From an uncultured Planctomycetota bacterium (GTDB lineage: Bacteria; Planctomycetota; Planctomycetia; Isosphaerales; Isosphaeraceae): DNA of 64,000 nt. A program made the position numbers and the translations under genes. The stretch is from the NCBI GenBank assembly GCA_963823665.1, contig CAWGMQ010000003.1, positions 1,434,388 through 1,498,387 of the forward strand, given 5' to 3'. Of this stretch, positions 1 through 8,365 are shown in pieces. The notes under the pieces were generated by a model, which ran no database searches, had not been told where the DNA came from, and saw nothing but the letters and a program-made list of their open reading frames with translations. Numbering within the stretch: the stretch's first letter is position 1; every line of letters begins with the position of its first letter.

Positions 1-2307
1 GTCCGGTTGCTGGGCGGCCTCCGGTTTGCCGGCGGCGTCGAGCTTGTCGAGGTGATGCAACCGCTCCCAGGTTTTGACGTACCAGACGCCGCCGGGGAGC
101 TGGGCCCAGTGGAGGGCCTTCGACTCCGTCCGGAACTTCAACCGGCCGCCATTCTGAATCGACGACTCAACCATTCGTGCCACGGCGTAGCCGTGCGCAG
201 GGTCGGCATAATACAGGTTCTGGATCTCGGGATACTCGACCTTGATTGCCACCCAGCCCTTGGGCGTGCCGGGCTCGGCTGGGACGAGCTGGAGGTCCTG
301 GCGGTTGTCGAACGCGAATGGCCAGATCGTTCGGAGCCAGTCCGGGGGAAAGGTCGCTGAACTATCAAAGTGGACGTGGACCCGGACGTCCCTGGGCTTG
401 TCGGGCGCGGTGATAAACCGCGTGAGGTCATACCCCCGCGTACCGTCTTTCAAGTGAACATTCACGGACCGCTCAACTGGGAGCCACGCTGCCAGAGCAT
501 CGGCCGGGAGGTCGGCATCGGGCCGGGTGCGCAGGGCTGGCGGGATCTCGGGGCCGGAAGCGCCCTGGTGATCGGCGAAGAACGACCGCGGCGTGGGGGT
601 GGCGTGGATTCTCGAATCGTTGTGATCGCGGACGAAATTGGCCCATGCCTCGAGATATCCCTTGGCGGCGGCCCAGTAGGTCAGTTGCAGCCCGGCGTCC
701 CCGTCCTCGGCGACCCGGACGGACCGCGGAAGCCGCTCGATCACCCGCGCTGCGCCGTTCCAGGCCTCTTGAAGCGCTGGTGGGCTGGCGACTTTTTGTA
801 GCGTTTGCTCATCGACGATCGGTGATCCGGCCGGTACACCGAGGGCGTAGATGTCGGCCGGGCCGTCATCGACGTAGGTGATGGTCGTCGTCCGGAACTC
901 GCGTTTGTATTTCATTTGATAGCCGAGCTGGAGGATCTCGCGCCGCTGGATCGGGCGGCGTGTCTCAACGTCGTACCACGTCTGCTCGCTGAGTCTCAAC
1001 TTGCCGAGTGAGTCGAGCCGGGAGATGTCGATCCGGAGGCAGCGGCGGCCGAAGAGGTCGACGACCTGGGCATCGGACCTGAAGTTCCCTCCCTCGATCT
1101 TCCGCCCCTCCTCGGTCATCCGCGAGCGCAACTCGCGCGGGTCGAGCGGCTTGACCCCGGCGCGCTCGAGCGCGAAGTCGGCGTTTGGGCCGCCGTTGTC
1201 CTTGACACCGACGAGCTGTGACCGCCGGATGATCGGCCCGTTACCCGTATAGTTCAGCTCGCTCCCTGATGCCGGGTCGTGCACCCCGGCGTACTCATCG
1301 GACTTCCAGAGGCTGCGCCCGTCCTCGAGCCGAACCCACGACTCGGATCCGGCGTCGGACGTCAGGTGCGCCCACTTCGGGGACGCGGGCGCCTGGGCTT
1401 TCGCCGTCGCGACCGGAGGCGGCTTCGGGGCCTCGGGCTTGCGCTCCTGTCTCCCACCGATGGCCCCGGACGCGCTCAAGATGAGGCCGGTGCCCGCGAG
1501 AACCAAGAGTACGAGCGTGGCGACCTTGAGCTTGGACACGAGCATCATTCTCAGTACCTCCCCGGTCAGAGCGAAAGCCTTGGCGAGGCCCAGTCCCGGC
1601 GTTCCGCCCGCAAGGAAGAGGGTTGCAGTTTGCGCCGTGGCACGGATCAACCGCGCCGGCACGGTGGCCGACGCTACCTCCCGATTCAGGAGCACGGCTA
1701 GGGAGCCAACGGAGAGTGAGACGCCGGGCCGGACGAGCCGCTTGGACAGCATCGCTCTCGCCCTGGACAACCGGCTCGAGACGGTCCCGACCGGGCAGCC
1801 CAGTTGACTTGCCGCCTCCTGGTGAGTCTTGCCTTCGAGCTCACAGAGGACGACGGGGATGCGGTATTTCCTGGGCAGGCGGCTCAACTCCTGATCGAGG
1901 AGCGCGAGCAGGTCGTCCCGCTGCTCATCCGCCGCCGCTTTGGGCTCGGGCATCGCCACCACTTGCTGCTCTTTCGACCACCGCCGGAAAGCCATTGCCC
2001 TGGCCCGCACGGCTGTTTTGTGCGCCACCGCGAAAAGCCAGTTGGCGACCATCTCGCGGTGGGCGATCGAGGAGGCCTTGCGGGCGAGTACGAGGAAGGT
2101 GGCCTGAAACGCGTCCTCGGCGTCGTTGGGGTCGCGCAGCGTGCGCCGGCAGACTCCCCAGACCATCGGGCCGTGACGCACAACGAGGGCCTCGAACGCC
2201 GCCTCGTCGTGGCCGGCGGCGAAGCGCCCGAGGAGCTCGCCGTCGGCGAGCCCGCTGATCGAGCCGTCCCCGAAGATCGTCCGAAGATTCCGACTGAGTT
2301 CGTTCAT
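1..2307 (-). CDS. ECF-type sigma-70 factor (regions 2 and 4) continuing in-frame into a TM helix and a large C-terminal extracytoplasmic extension; 3' end beyond window
   Basis: Own minus-strand translation from ATG 2307-2305: ...FEALVVRHGPMVWGVCRRTLRDPNDAEDAFQATFLVLARKA (sigma region 2) and ...KYRIPVVLCELEGKTHQEAASQLGCPVGTVSSRLSRARAMLSKRL (region 4 HTH). This is followed without a stop by LRMMLVSKLKVATLVLLVLAGTGLILSA (TM) and >500 further aa to position 1. The ORF track lists no competing minus ORF across 431-1884, consistent with one open frame leaving the window. Confidence 0.55.
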   Translation of the reverse strand, partial: MNELSRNLRTIFGDGSISGLADGELLGRFAAGHDEAAFEALVVRHGPMVWGVCRRTLRDPNDAEDAFQATFLVLARKASSIAHREMVANWLFAVAHKTAVRARAMAFRRWSKEQQVVAMPEPKAAADEQRDDLLALLDQELSRLPRKYRIPVVLCELEGKTHQEAASQLGCPVGTVSSRLSRARAMLSKRLVRPGVSLSVGSLAVLLNREVASATVPARLIRATAQTATLFLAGGTPGLGLAKAFALTGEVLRMMLVSKLKVATLVLLVLAGTGLILSASGAIGGRQERKPEAPKPPPVATAKAQAPASPKWAHLTSDAGSESWVRLEDGRSLWKSDEYAGVHDPASGSELNYTGNGPIIRRSQLVGVKDNGGPNADFALERAGVKPLDPRELRSRMTEEGRKIEGGNFRSDAQVVDLFGRRCLRIDISRLDSLGKLRLSEQTWYDVETRRPIQRREILQLGYQMKYKREFRTTTITYVDDGPADIYALGVPAGSPIVDEQTLQKVASPPALQEAWNGAARVIERLPRSVRVAEDGDAGLQLTYWAAAKGYLEAWANFVRDHNDSRIHATPTPRSFFADHQGASGPEIPPALRTRPDADLPADALAAWLPVERSVNVHLKDGTRGYDLTRFITAPDKPRDVRVHVHFDSSATFPPDWLRTIWPFAFDNRQDLQLVPAEPGTPKGWVAIKVEYPEIQNLYYADPAHGYAVARMVESSIQNGGRLKFRTESKALHWAQLPGGVWYVKTWERLHHLDKLDAAGKPEAAQQPD

Positions 2308-2556
2308 CCGGTTTTTTCCCATGCCACGGTGCGGCTGATCCGTGTGATTGGCCTCTGACTATGAACTACCGTGGCGGGGGCGAATTCATCCACGATTTTT
2401 GGGATCGGGCGAGATTCCAGCTTCCGCGGACAGCCTGGGCTTTGCAATGCGGCTGCACCAGGTTCCGCGGGCTGGTTCGCTTAACCTGTCGAGAGCACGG
2501 CCTTTACGGTGCGGTGTCGGCGTCGCTCGGGGATGTCAGAGGGATGTCGAACCCAC

Positions 2557-3135
2557 CTACCGCGGAGCGTCGGACACTCGCCTTGTGCGTATTCGAATTG
2601 ACCAAAGGCCGTGGTTTTGCCCCGAACTTGCGAGCCGCGAATCAATGGATGCGGGGGACGGTGACAAAACGATGGGTGGCTGGAATCCCCTGCACGTTGA
2701 CGTCACCGTAAAGTGACACGTACACGTGGAAGCCCGTGCCGCGCGCTCGCGCACCCGCGCGAAGAGGGAGCGTGGCGAGCTGATCGAGATCACCGCGCCG
2801 TCGCTCTGGCGAAGCTGTGGATACAATTTGCCCCACGAGGTGACGAGGGTGGTGGGCAACACGTTGCCGCCGTTCGAGATCGCGATCACGCGGACCAGGG
2901 GATTCTGGTCGCCGGGCGTCGTGATCTCTCCGCGGGCGAAACGGAACGCGACAGGCGTGGGATCTCCGCGGCCGAGGACCGTGCCTTTCACGACCGCGAA
3001 CGCAGGCCCCTCGAGTTGTGATATTCCCGACGTCGCTGCCAGAACGACGCGTTCCTCGAGACATTCCACCTCGAGCCCCCGCCGCGGTTGTGATGGACGA
3101 AACCGGCGCGCGAGCGTTCTTTGAACGAGTCTCAT
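2557..3135 (-). CDS. hypothetical secreted protein with planctomycete-type N-terminal motif (RRxxxLEVECLEERVVLA); C-terminus probably affected by frameshift
   Basis: ORF track; N-terminal motif shared with the proteins starting at 11752 and 29957. Confidence 0.4.
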   Translation of the reverse strand: MRLVQRTLARRFRPSQPRRGLEVECLEERVVLAATSGISQLEGPAFAVVKGTVLGRGDPTPVAFRFARGEITTPGDQNPLVRVIAISNGGNVLPTTLVTSWGKLYPQLRQSDGAVISISSPRSLFARVRERAARASTCTCHFTVTSTCRGFQPPIVLSPSPASIDSRLASSGQNHGLWSIRIRTRRVSDAPR

Positions 3136-3511
3136 TGGGCACTCTTAGCGATAGTGGAGCGCGGCATTGACAACGTTGTCCGCATGCGGACATTCGATCT
3201 CCACGCCCGGTCGGACCAAGGCCCTGGTGGGTTGAGCGCGGACTGTTTCCATCGAAAGAAGTAGAACACGATTGTCAGACGCGCTAAAGATTTGTCGAGG
3301 TCTGAGCGCTACCTCAGGTTGAAGCACCTGACAGGTTCTTAGCTCATGGACGGTCAGACACGGCCGCGGCCATTGCCCAGGCGTTGGGCATCGGTGACAA
3401 TCGAGTTGATGACGCGCTCTCTCCTGGGTCGCGTTACTGTAGCGCCCCCGGGACGGCTGACGGGGTTTGGGCTTTCGAGATTCCCAGTCCTTTGTGGGAG
3501 TGACTCTCTGA

Positions 3512-3931
3512 ATGTGGCTGCTGCACGGAACGACGCTCGCGCGGGCGGAGAGCATTGTTCAGCAGGGCCCCGATGTCACGTTCGTTGAGCCGGCAGGGCG
3601 AGGCATCGCCGAGAACTTCTCGTTCACCGCCGAGGGCACGCCGTCTGCTGTTGGTGACTCCATGGCCTATGCCCGAGGCAAGGCGACCGCCTTCCCGAAC
3701 GAACTCGGCCCGGCGGTCCTCGCGGTCGATGTACCGGATGACGTGGTGCGGATGGCGGCGCTCGAACACCTGTCCCTCTACGCGGGCTTGATCGAGTATG
3801 ATAAAGGCGCGGACGTAGGGGAACTCGTCGCACTCTGCGGCGGGGTCGTCCAGTTCGACCCGGGGCCCGCGCTCGACAGCCTACTGGCGAGGTGGGGGTC
3901 TCTCGTCAAAGAGATCCGAGGTGTGCCGTGA
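3512..3931 (+). CDS. hypothetical protein
   Basis: ORF track; its stop overlaps the GTG start of the next ORF (GTGA). Confidence 0.4.
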   Translation: MWLLHGTTLARAESIVQQGPDVTFVEPAGRGIAENFSFTAEGTPSAVGDSMAYARGKATAFPNELGPAVLAVDVPDDVVRMAALEHLSLYAGLIEYDKGADVGELVALCGGVVQFDPGPALDSLLARWGSLVKEIRGVP

Positions 3932-4380
3932 TCATATCCCAAACGGCCGATGATCGCCTGCGACGTGCATTCGCGCCGACGCAAGGCGGCATCGTCGAGT
4001 TGACCGATCAGCTACTTGAGGCGTGGGTCGGCAGCGACGTGGAATTCAAGCGGGTCGGGAACCGGTGCGTTTGCAACTGGACCGTCAAAGGGGAGACAAA
4101 GGAGGCGGTGGCGCCTCTGCCGCCCGCCGCCTTCCGGACAATCCTGGCTCGCATCGCCGCCCTTTGTAATGAATACAGCCCAAACGCTGTCACCCCGTAC
4201 GGCGGAGAAGGACTGCTGACCGTCAAGGGACCCCCGCCAACGGTCGTTCGTGTGGCATTCGTCAATACTCCCAACGAGCAGCGATTGGAAGTGAGACGCA
4301 ACGCAGAGGGCAGCCACCGGCCGTCACTCCGTGGTGGGCCAGATGCTACGCTCAGCGCCGCGATCGAGCCGTTGCCGTGA
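3928..4380 (+). CDS. hypothetical protein, translationally coupled to upstream ORF
   Basis: ORF track 3892..4380; a GTG at ~3928 overlaps the upstream stop. Confidence 0.35.
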   Translation: MIISQTADDRLRRAFAPTQGGIVELTDQLLEAWVGSDVEFKRVGNRCVCNWTVKGETKEAVAPLPPAAFRTILARIAALCNEYSPNAVTPYGGEGLLTVKGPPPTVVRVAFVNTPNEQRLEVRRNAEGSHRPSLRGGPDATLSAAIEPLP

Positions 4381-4427
4381 TCTGTTGAGCCTGACTCACG
4401 CAAGCTGAGGCTAACCGGCACGAGATC

Positions 4428-5363
4428 ATGGATCAACTCGGCCGTCGTCAGGTCGCCATTAACGCGACAAGCCGGGACCAATGGGAGGCGTTTGCCGAGC
4501 ATCGGCGGTGCCTCACGGCCGCGCTCGCCCGCGACGCGACGGTGCGGCGATCGCGCCTCTGTGTCCTGGGGGCCGGCAACGCCAACGATCTGGATTTGGC
4601 GGCGTTGCTCTCCGTCCATCGTGAGGTGCACCTGGTGGACATCGACTCCGAGGCGCTCTGCAGCGGTGCGCAGCGGCAGGGAGTTGCGAATCACCCGCGA
4701 TTGCGGCTGCATGGCGGCGTGGACGTCACGGCGACGCTCGGAGTCCTCTCGGACCGGACGCCGTGCTCCGAGCTGGGGCCTGCGGATCTCGAGGCGATGG
4801 CCGCATGGCCCGCGTCCCGCACCGCGGTGGTCCTGCCCGGCGGGTTCGATCGGGTGGCGTCGACCTGCGTGTTAAGCCAGATCCTTGAGACGGCCGCGTA
4901 CTCGCTCGGCAAGGACCACCGCCAGCTCGCCGACGCCAGGGCTGCATTGCTGGCCGGGCACCTACGGCTGATGGCCCGCCTGGCCGCTCCCGGTGGCGAG
5001 GCCGTGCTCGTCGCCGAGGTCACCTCGTCCGAGATTCTCGCGGAGTTGCCGGGCCTGGCGAACGAGGAACTCGCCGGGCTTTTGACGGAACTGGGGCGTA
5101 AAGGCAACCATTTCCGCAGAGTGCATCCTCGGCAGTTAATCGCGGCCCTGCGCGGATCCGTCAATCGGGCCGCTCATCGCGGCCGCGGGCCCGCTCATGC
5201 CTTGGCGATGGCGGCTGCACGATCAGACATACCTCGTCGGCGCGATCGGCTTCCGACTCGCGCGGGTGATTCGGGCGGTCCTTCGATCCCAGTATCCAGC
5301 AGGATTTCCACTGCCAATGAGGCGGGGAGGCTCGCTGTTACGGGGGACGGCGAAGTTCGCTGA
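4428..5363 (+). CDS. putative class I SAM-dependent methyltransferase-like protein
   Basis: VLGAGNANDLD (motif I-like), VHLVDIDSEAL (motif II-like), VASTCVLSQI (motif IV-like); the C-terminal ~80 aa look like read-through. Confidence 0.35.
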   Translation: MDQLGRRQVAINATSRDQWEAFAEHRRCLTAALARDATVRRSRLCVLGAGNANDLDLAALLSVHREVHLVDIDSEALCSGAQRQGVANHPRLRLHGGVDVTATLGVLSDRTPCSELGPADLEAMAAWPASRTAVVLPGGFDRVASTCVLSQILETAAYSLGKDHRQLADARAALLAGHLRLMARLAAPGGEAVLVAEVTSSEILAELPGLANEELAGLLTELGRKGNHFRRVHPRQLIAALRGSVNRAAHRGRGPAHALAMAAARSDIPRRRDRLPTRAGDSGGPSIPVSSRISTANEAGRLAVTGDGEVR

Positions 5364-5505
5364 TTGACAGGCCGACTTTGGCCAGTCAACATCGATGCGT
5401 TTTCGTGAGAGGATCACAACGCTACAACGATCTGCGCGACCAAATCCGCCCCGAGATGTTGATTCATGGTAGGCTGTATTTTGACCGGCCGATCCCGGCT
5501 CCCGA

Positions 5506-6171
5506 ATGATCGGCGGGACTTTGTTGGATGATCTCAAGTGCGGCAAGAAGAGGAATATCATGGTGAAGTCGGCGTCTGCTGCCTTTGTCTTGTTGCTCCT
5601 CGGGGCCCACGGGGTCGGTGAGTTCAGCCGGCGCCTGGCCGAGCCGCTGAGCATGTTTCGTGACGGCGAGCAGGCGTGGCTAGGCTACGTGCTGTTTGCG
5701 ACGCTGCTGCTGGTCAGCATTTGGTATACGCGTGATGTGATCCGGGCAGGGGAAGAGGAAGAGGCGGTGATAGCCGGGCTGGCCGCCTCGCTGCTATTCA
5801 TCGTGGCCGTGACGCCGTCGTTAGAGGGTTTCCACATCTTGAGTTCCTTCCTCCTGATGCTGCTCTTGTTCGGGCATTACTGGCGGTTGCTCCGCGACTC
5901 GGGAAGCCCCTGGATCATCTTCCATGTGTTGGTGCCGTTCGCCTTGGTGTTGCTGAGCGGATGCCATAGCTACGGCTTGTGGCAGAAGTGCCTGATCCTC
6001 TATCTCGTAGCGATCGCCAACCTCCGCCACCATCGACTCTGTCGAATGAGTGAAGGCGAGCCGGTGTCGGAGTCCAACTCTGAGTGGTTCGGCGGTGGTG
6101 GAGTGAATAGGCGGCGAACGGTGTATCGGCTGGAAGCGGGGCAAGAGTGGGCGCGCTCGAAAACCCGGTAA
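5506..6171 (+). CDS. hypothetical multi-pass membrane protein
   Basis: 4-5 hydrophobic helices (FVLLLLGAHGV, VLFATLLLVSIWY, LAASLLFIVAV, FLLMLLLFGHYW, VLVPFALVLLSG); alternative start MVKSASA at 5560. Confidence 0.4.
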   Translation: MIGGTLLDDLKCGKKRNIMVKSASAAFVLLLLGAHGVGEFSRRLAEPLSMFRDGEQAWLGYVLFATLLLVSIWYTRDVIRAGEEEEAVIAGLAASLLFIVAVTPSLEGFHILSSFLLMLLLFGHYWRLLRDSGSPWIIFHVLVPFALVLLSGCHSYGLWQKCLILYLVAIANLRHHRLCRMSEGEPVSESNSEWFGGGGVNRRRTVYRLEAGQEWARSKTR

Positions 6172-6229
6172 GGCGGTGCCGAAGAGGTCGCTGCAATTGA
6201 TCGGGCGACCACTTCGGCTGCACGTGCGA

Positions 6230-6466
6230 TCAAGCGCGAGCGGGCCGCCCGGCAACTGAGCGTGGCGTTTCGGCTGCAAACGGTGACTGATGCTGAAGGC
6301 CCAGGGAATAGGGCAAGACGCTGATGGAGGCGCCGCTATCGACCAATCCGACTCCCGGCAGCGAACGCGACTGATGCCGAGGGACGATGGGAAGATCCGG
6401 CATCAGATCCAGCCCTCCGGAGGCCGGGTTCCTGTCGCAGTAGGGAAACTGTTCGACAATGCTCAA
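6230..6466 (-). pseudogene. fragment resembling the N-terminal half of a retropepsin-like (clan AA) aspartic protease
   Basis: LPGVGLVDSGASISVLPYSLGLQ contains the D-S/T-G-A catalytic motif; no in-frame continuation was found. Confidence 0.2.
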
Positions 6467-6675
6467 GAGCCGGTCCCTTCCTCCTTGAGGACCTTGGCCA
6501 GTTGGGCCGCGGCATTGCGGGCGTACTCTGGTGTGTAGGTTGGAAAGACATGACCTTCCGAAAACGGCACCGACTGTTCCTCTTTGGCCCGGTCGTCGAG
6601 CAGCATCTGCGCGATCTGGAATTTCTCGTTGCGCGAGCGCGCGCGAACCGCACGGATGATCTCAGCGGTCGACAT
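6463..6675 (-). CDS. small hypothetical protein (71 aa)
   Basis: ATG at 6675-6673 preceded by a strong RBS (AAGGAAG); MSTAEIIRAVRARSRNEKFQIAQMLLDD... Confidence 0.35.
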   Translation of the reverse strand: MSTAEIIRAVRARSRNEKFQIAQMLLDDRAKEEQSVPFSEGHVFPTYTPEYARNAAAQLAKVLKEEGTGS

Positions 6676-7086
6676 GGGTGCTTCCTTTGCTCCGCATCGC
6701 GCGATGGGACATGATCTTGCCATAGGTCGGAAAGAACCAGCGTGTCCGCGTTTCTCAGTATACTCTGCAAACTTCTTCAGCCTTCAGAGATTTCAGTGAG
6801 GAGCGTGAGGGGATTGGAGACACCGGCTGTCGAGACGTCGCCGCGGCAGTCCGATGACGTGGCCCCAATTCGTTCGTGTGGAGGAGCGGTACGATCTTCC
6901 CCGCGCCGGGGTGGTTCGCGGCTTGGCGGGTGGCGCGGTGAAGTTATGAGATGACGAGCCGGGTGGCTCTTTGGCGGGCAAGTCTGGGTCTGTCGGAGCC
7001 CCATGGGAGCGATCCGCTGGAGCGACCCGGCCGATTTCATCTACTACACATTGCTGCTTGGACGAAATACTAACCGCGTCCCAGTT

Positions 7087-7791
7087 TCACTTCCCGGCTC
7101 GCCGGCGCCGCCGTTTCCAGCAAGCCCGGCCCGCGGCGCCCAGTCCCAGCGCCGAGAACATCATCCAGAACGACGATGGCTCGGGGACGGCACTGGCCGA
7201 GATGAGAACCTGTCCGATTTCGACCATGCCCGCGCCGCTGGGCACGTTGGTGAAATACTGGGTGTTGGCGTTGGAATCGGTCCATATCGTGTTTTGGGCA
7301 CCTTCCAGAGCGTAGATGCCGAACAGTCCGGACGCGTTCGACGAAGCCAGGAAATCCATCTGGAGCAGATTGGCCCCAGGCGAGCCCGGAACCGGCACAC
7401 CGAGCGAGGCACTGGGATTCAAGAAATCAAACGCGCTCAACGAGCTACCGCTGTTGGTATTGATGGCCGTGATGCCAAGGCCGTTACTACCGAAGACGTA
7501 GTTTGTGGGGTTGGTGGGGAACGTCATCCCGGCCCCCGGGTCCTGAAACGTCAGGGTGCCGCTGGCGCCGGTTTCCGGGGCAATCGCCAGTACAAATTGC
7601 CAGGCGGCCATGATGTCGTTGGGAAAGTTGTTGCTCACGACGTTAACCAGCATCGGCCCGGACGTCGTGCCGGCGGACATGTCCAGCGGCGAGCCCGGCG
7701 AGTTGCTCGTACCCAGAGTCAGGTCGGCCCGGCTGGTGCCGCCGCCGAGCAGACCGAGAAAGACGATCGAAGGGAAAAAGAGTTTCTTCAT
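7087..7791 (-). CDS. PEP-CTERM sorting-domain secreted protein
   Basis: N-terminal signal peptide MKKLFFPSIVFLGLLGGGTSRA; C-terminal VPEPSSFWMMFSALGLGAAGRACWKRRRRRAGK (VPEP, TM helix, Arg-rich tail). Confidence 0.75.
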   Translation of the reverse strand: MKKLFFPSIVFLGLLGGGTSRADLTLGTSNSPGSPLDMSAGTTSGPMLVNVVSNNFPNDIMAAWQFVLAIAPETGASGTLTFQDPGAGMTFPTNPTNYVFGSNGLGITAINTNSGSSLSAFDFLNPSASLGVPVPGSPGANLLQMDFLASSNASGLFGIYALEGAQNTIWTDSNANTQYFTNVPSGAGMVEIGQVLISASAVPEPSSFWMMFSALGLGAAGRACWKRRRRRAGK

Positions 7792-7949
7792 ACGCGAGCC
7801 TTGCCCATGGGTTTGAGTCGAAGAAGAACATCGAACTTGCTCGAAGCGCCAACTGTCGGCGCATCGGGTTTGTACTTGACGACGAGAGGCCTGGCTTGTG
7901 GTCCTGCTTGCCGGGGTTCCCTGGGTATCGATTGCCGCGAGAACGTTCG

Positions 7950-8365
7950 CTCTACGCTACGCCGCTGCCGACTTGAATCGCCCGCGCGATGGTGGGCGTG
8001 GGCAACACGCCGATCGCTTCGTCGCTGGCGGCCTCAAACAAGGCGTCAACCAATGCTCCAGTCGGCGGCAGAATCGTCGTGGCCTCCGACGGTGGCACCG
8101 TCTGCGCGGATATTACTTTAGCCACGTCCGCGGCCGAGGGCAAGCGGCGCACGCCGGTCGCCAGGGTTTCGGCCATGAGGTCGGTGGGGGACGTGGTCGG
8201 ATCGAGATCGGAGAGCCCCAGCGTGTGGCCCAGCTCGTGCATCACGACCGTCAGCAAATCTTCATGCCCGGCGGCGACCATGGAGGGACCGGCCAGGAAG
8301 TCCCCCGGTGCCACGGGGTCTCCGGACGAGGTGCCGATCGACCAGCCGTAGCCGGCAGCATTCGC
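7950..8365. repeat. copy A of a ~415-bp duplicated segment (3' coding end of the giant gene)
   Basis: Near-identical to 14360..14775 (gctacgccgctgccgacttgaatcgcccgcgcgatggtgggcgt...); both translate to PGDFLAGPSMVAAGHEDLLTVVMHELGHTLGLSDLDPTTSPTDLMAETLATG... Confidence 0.85.
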
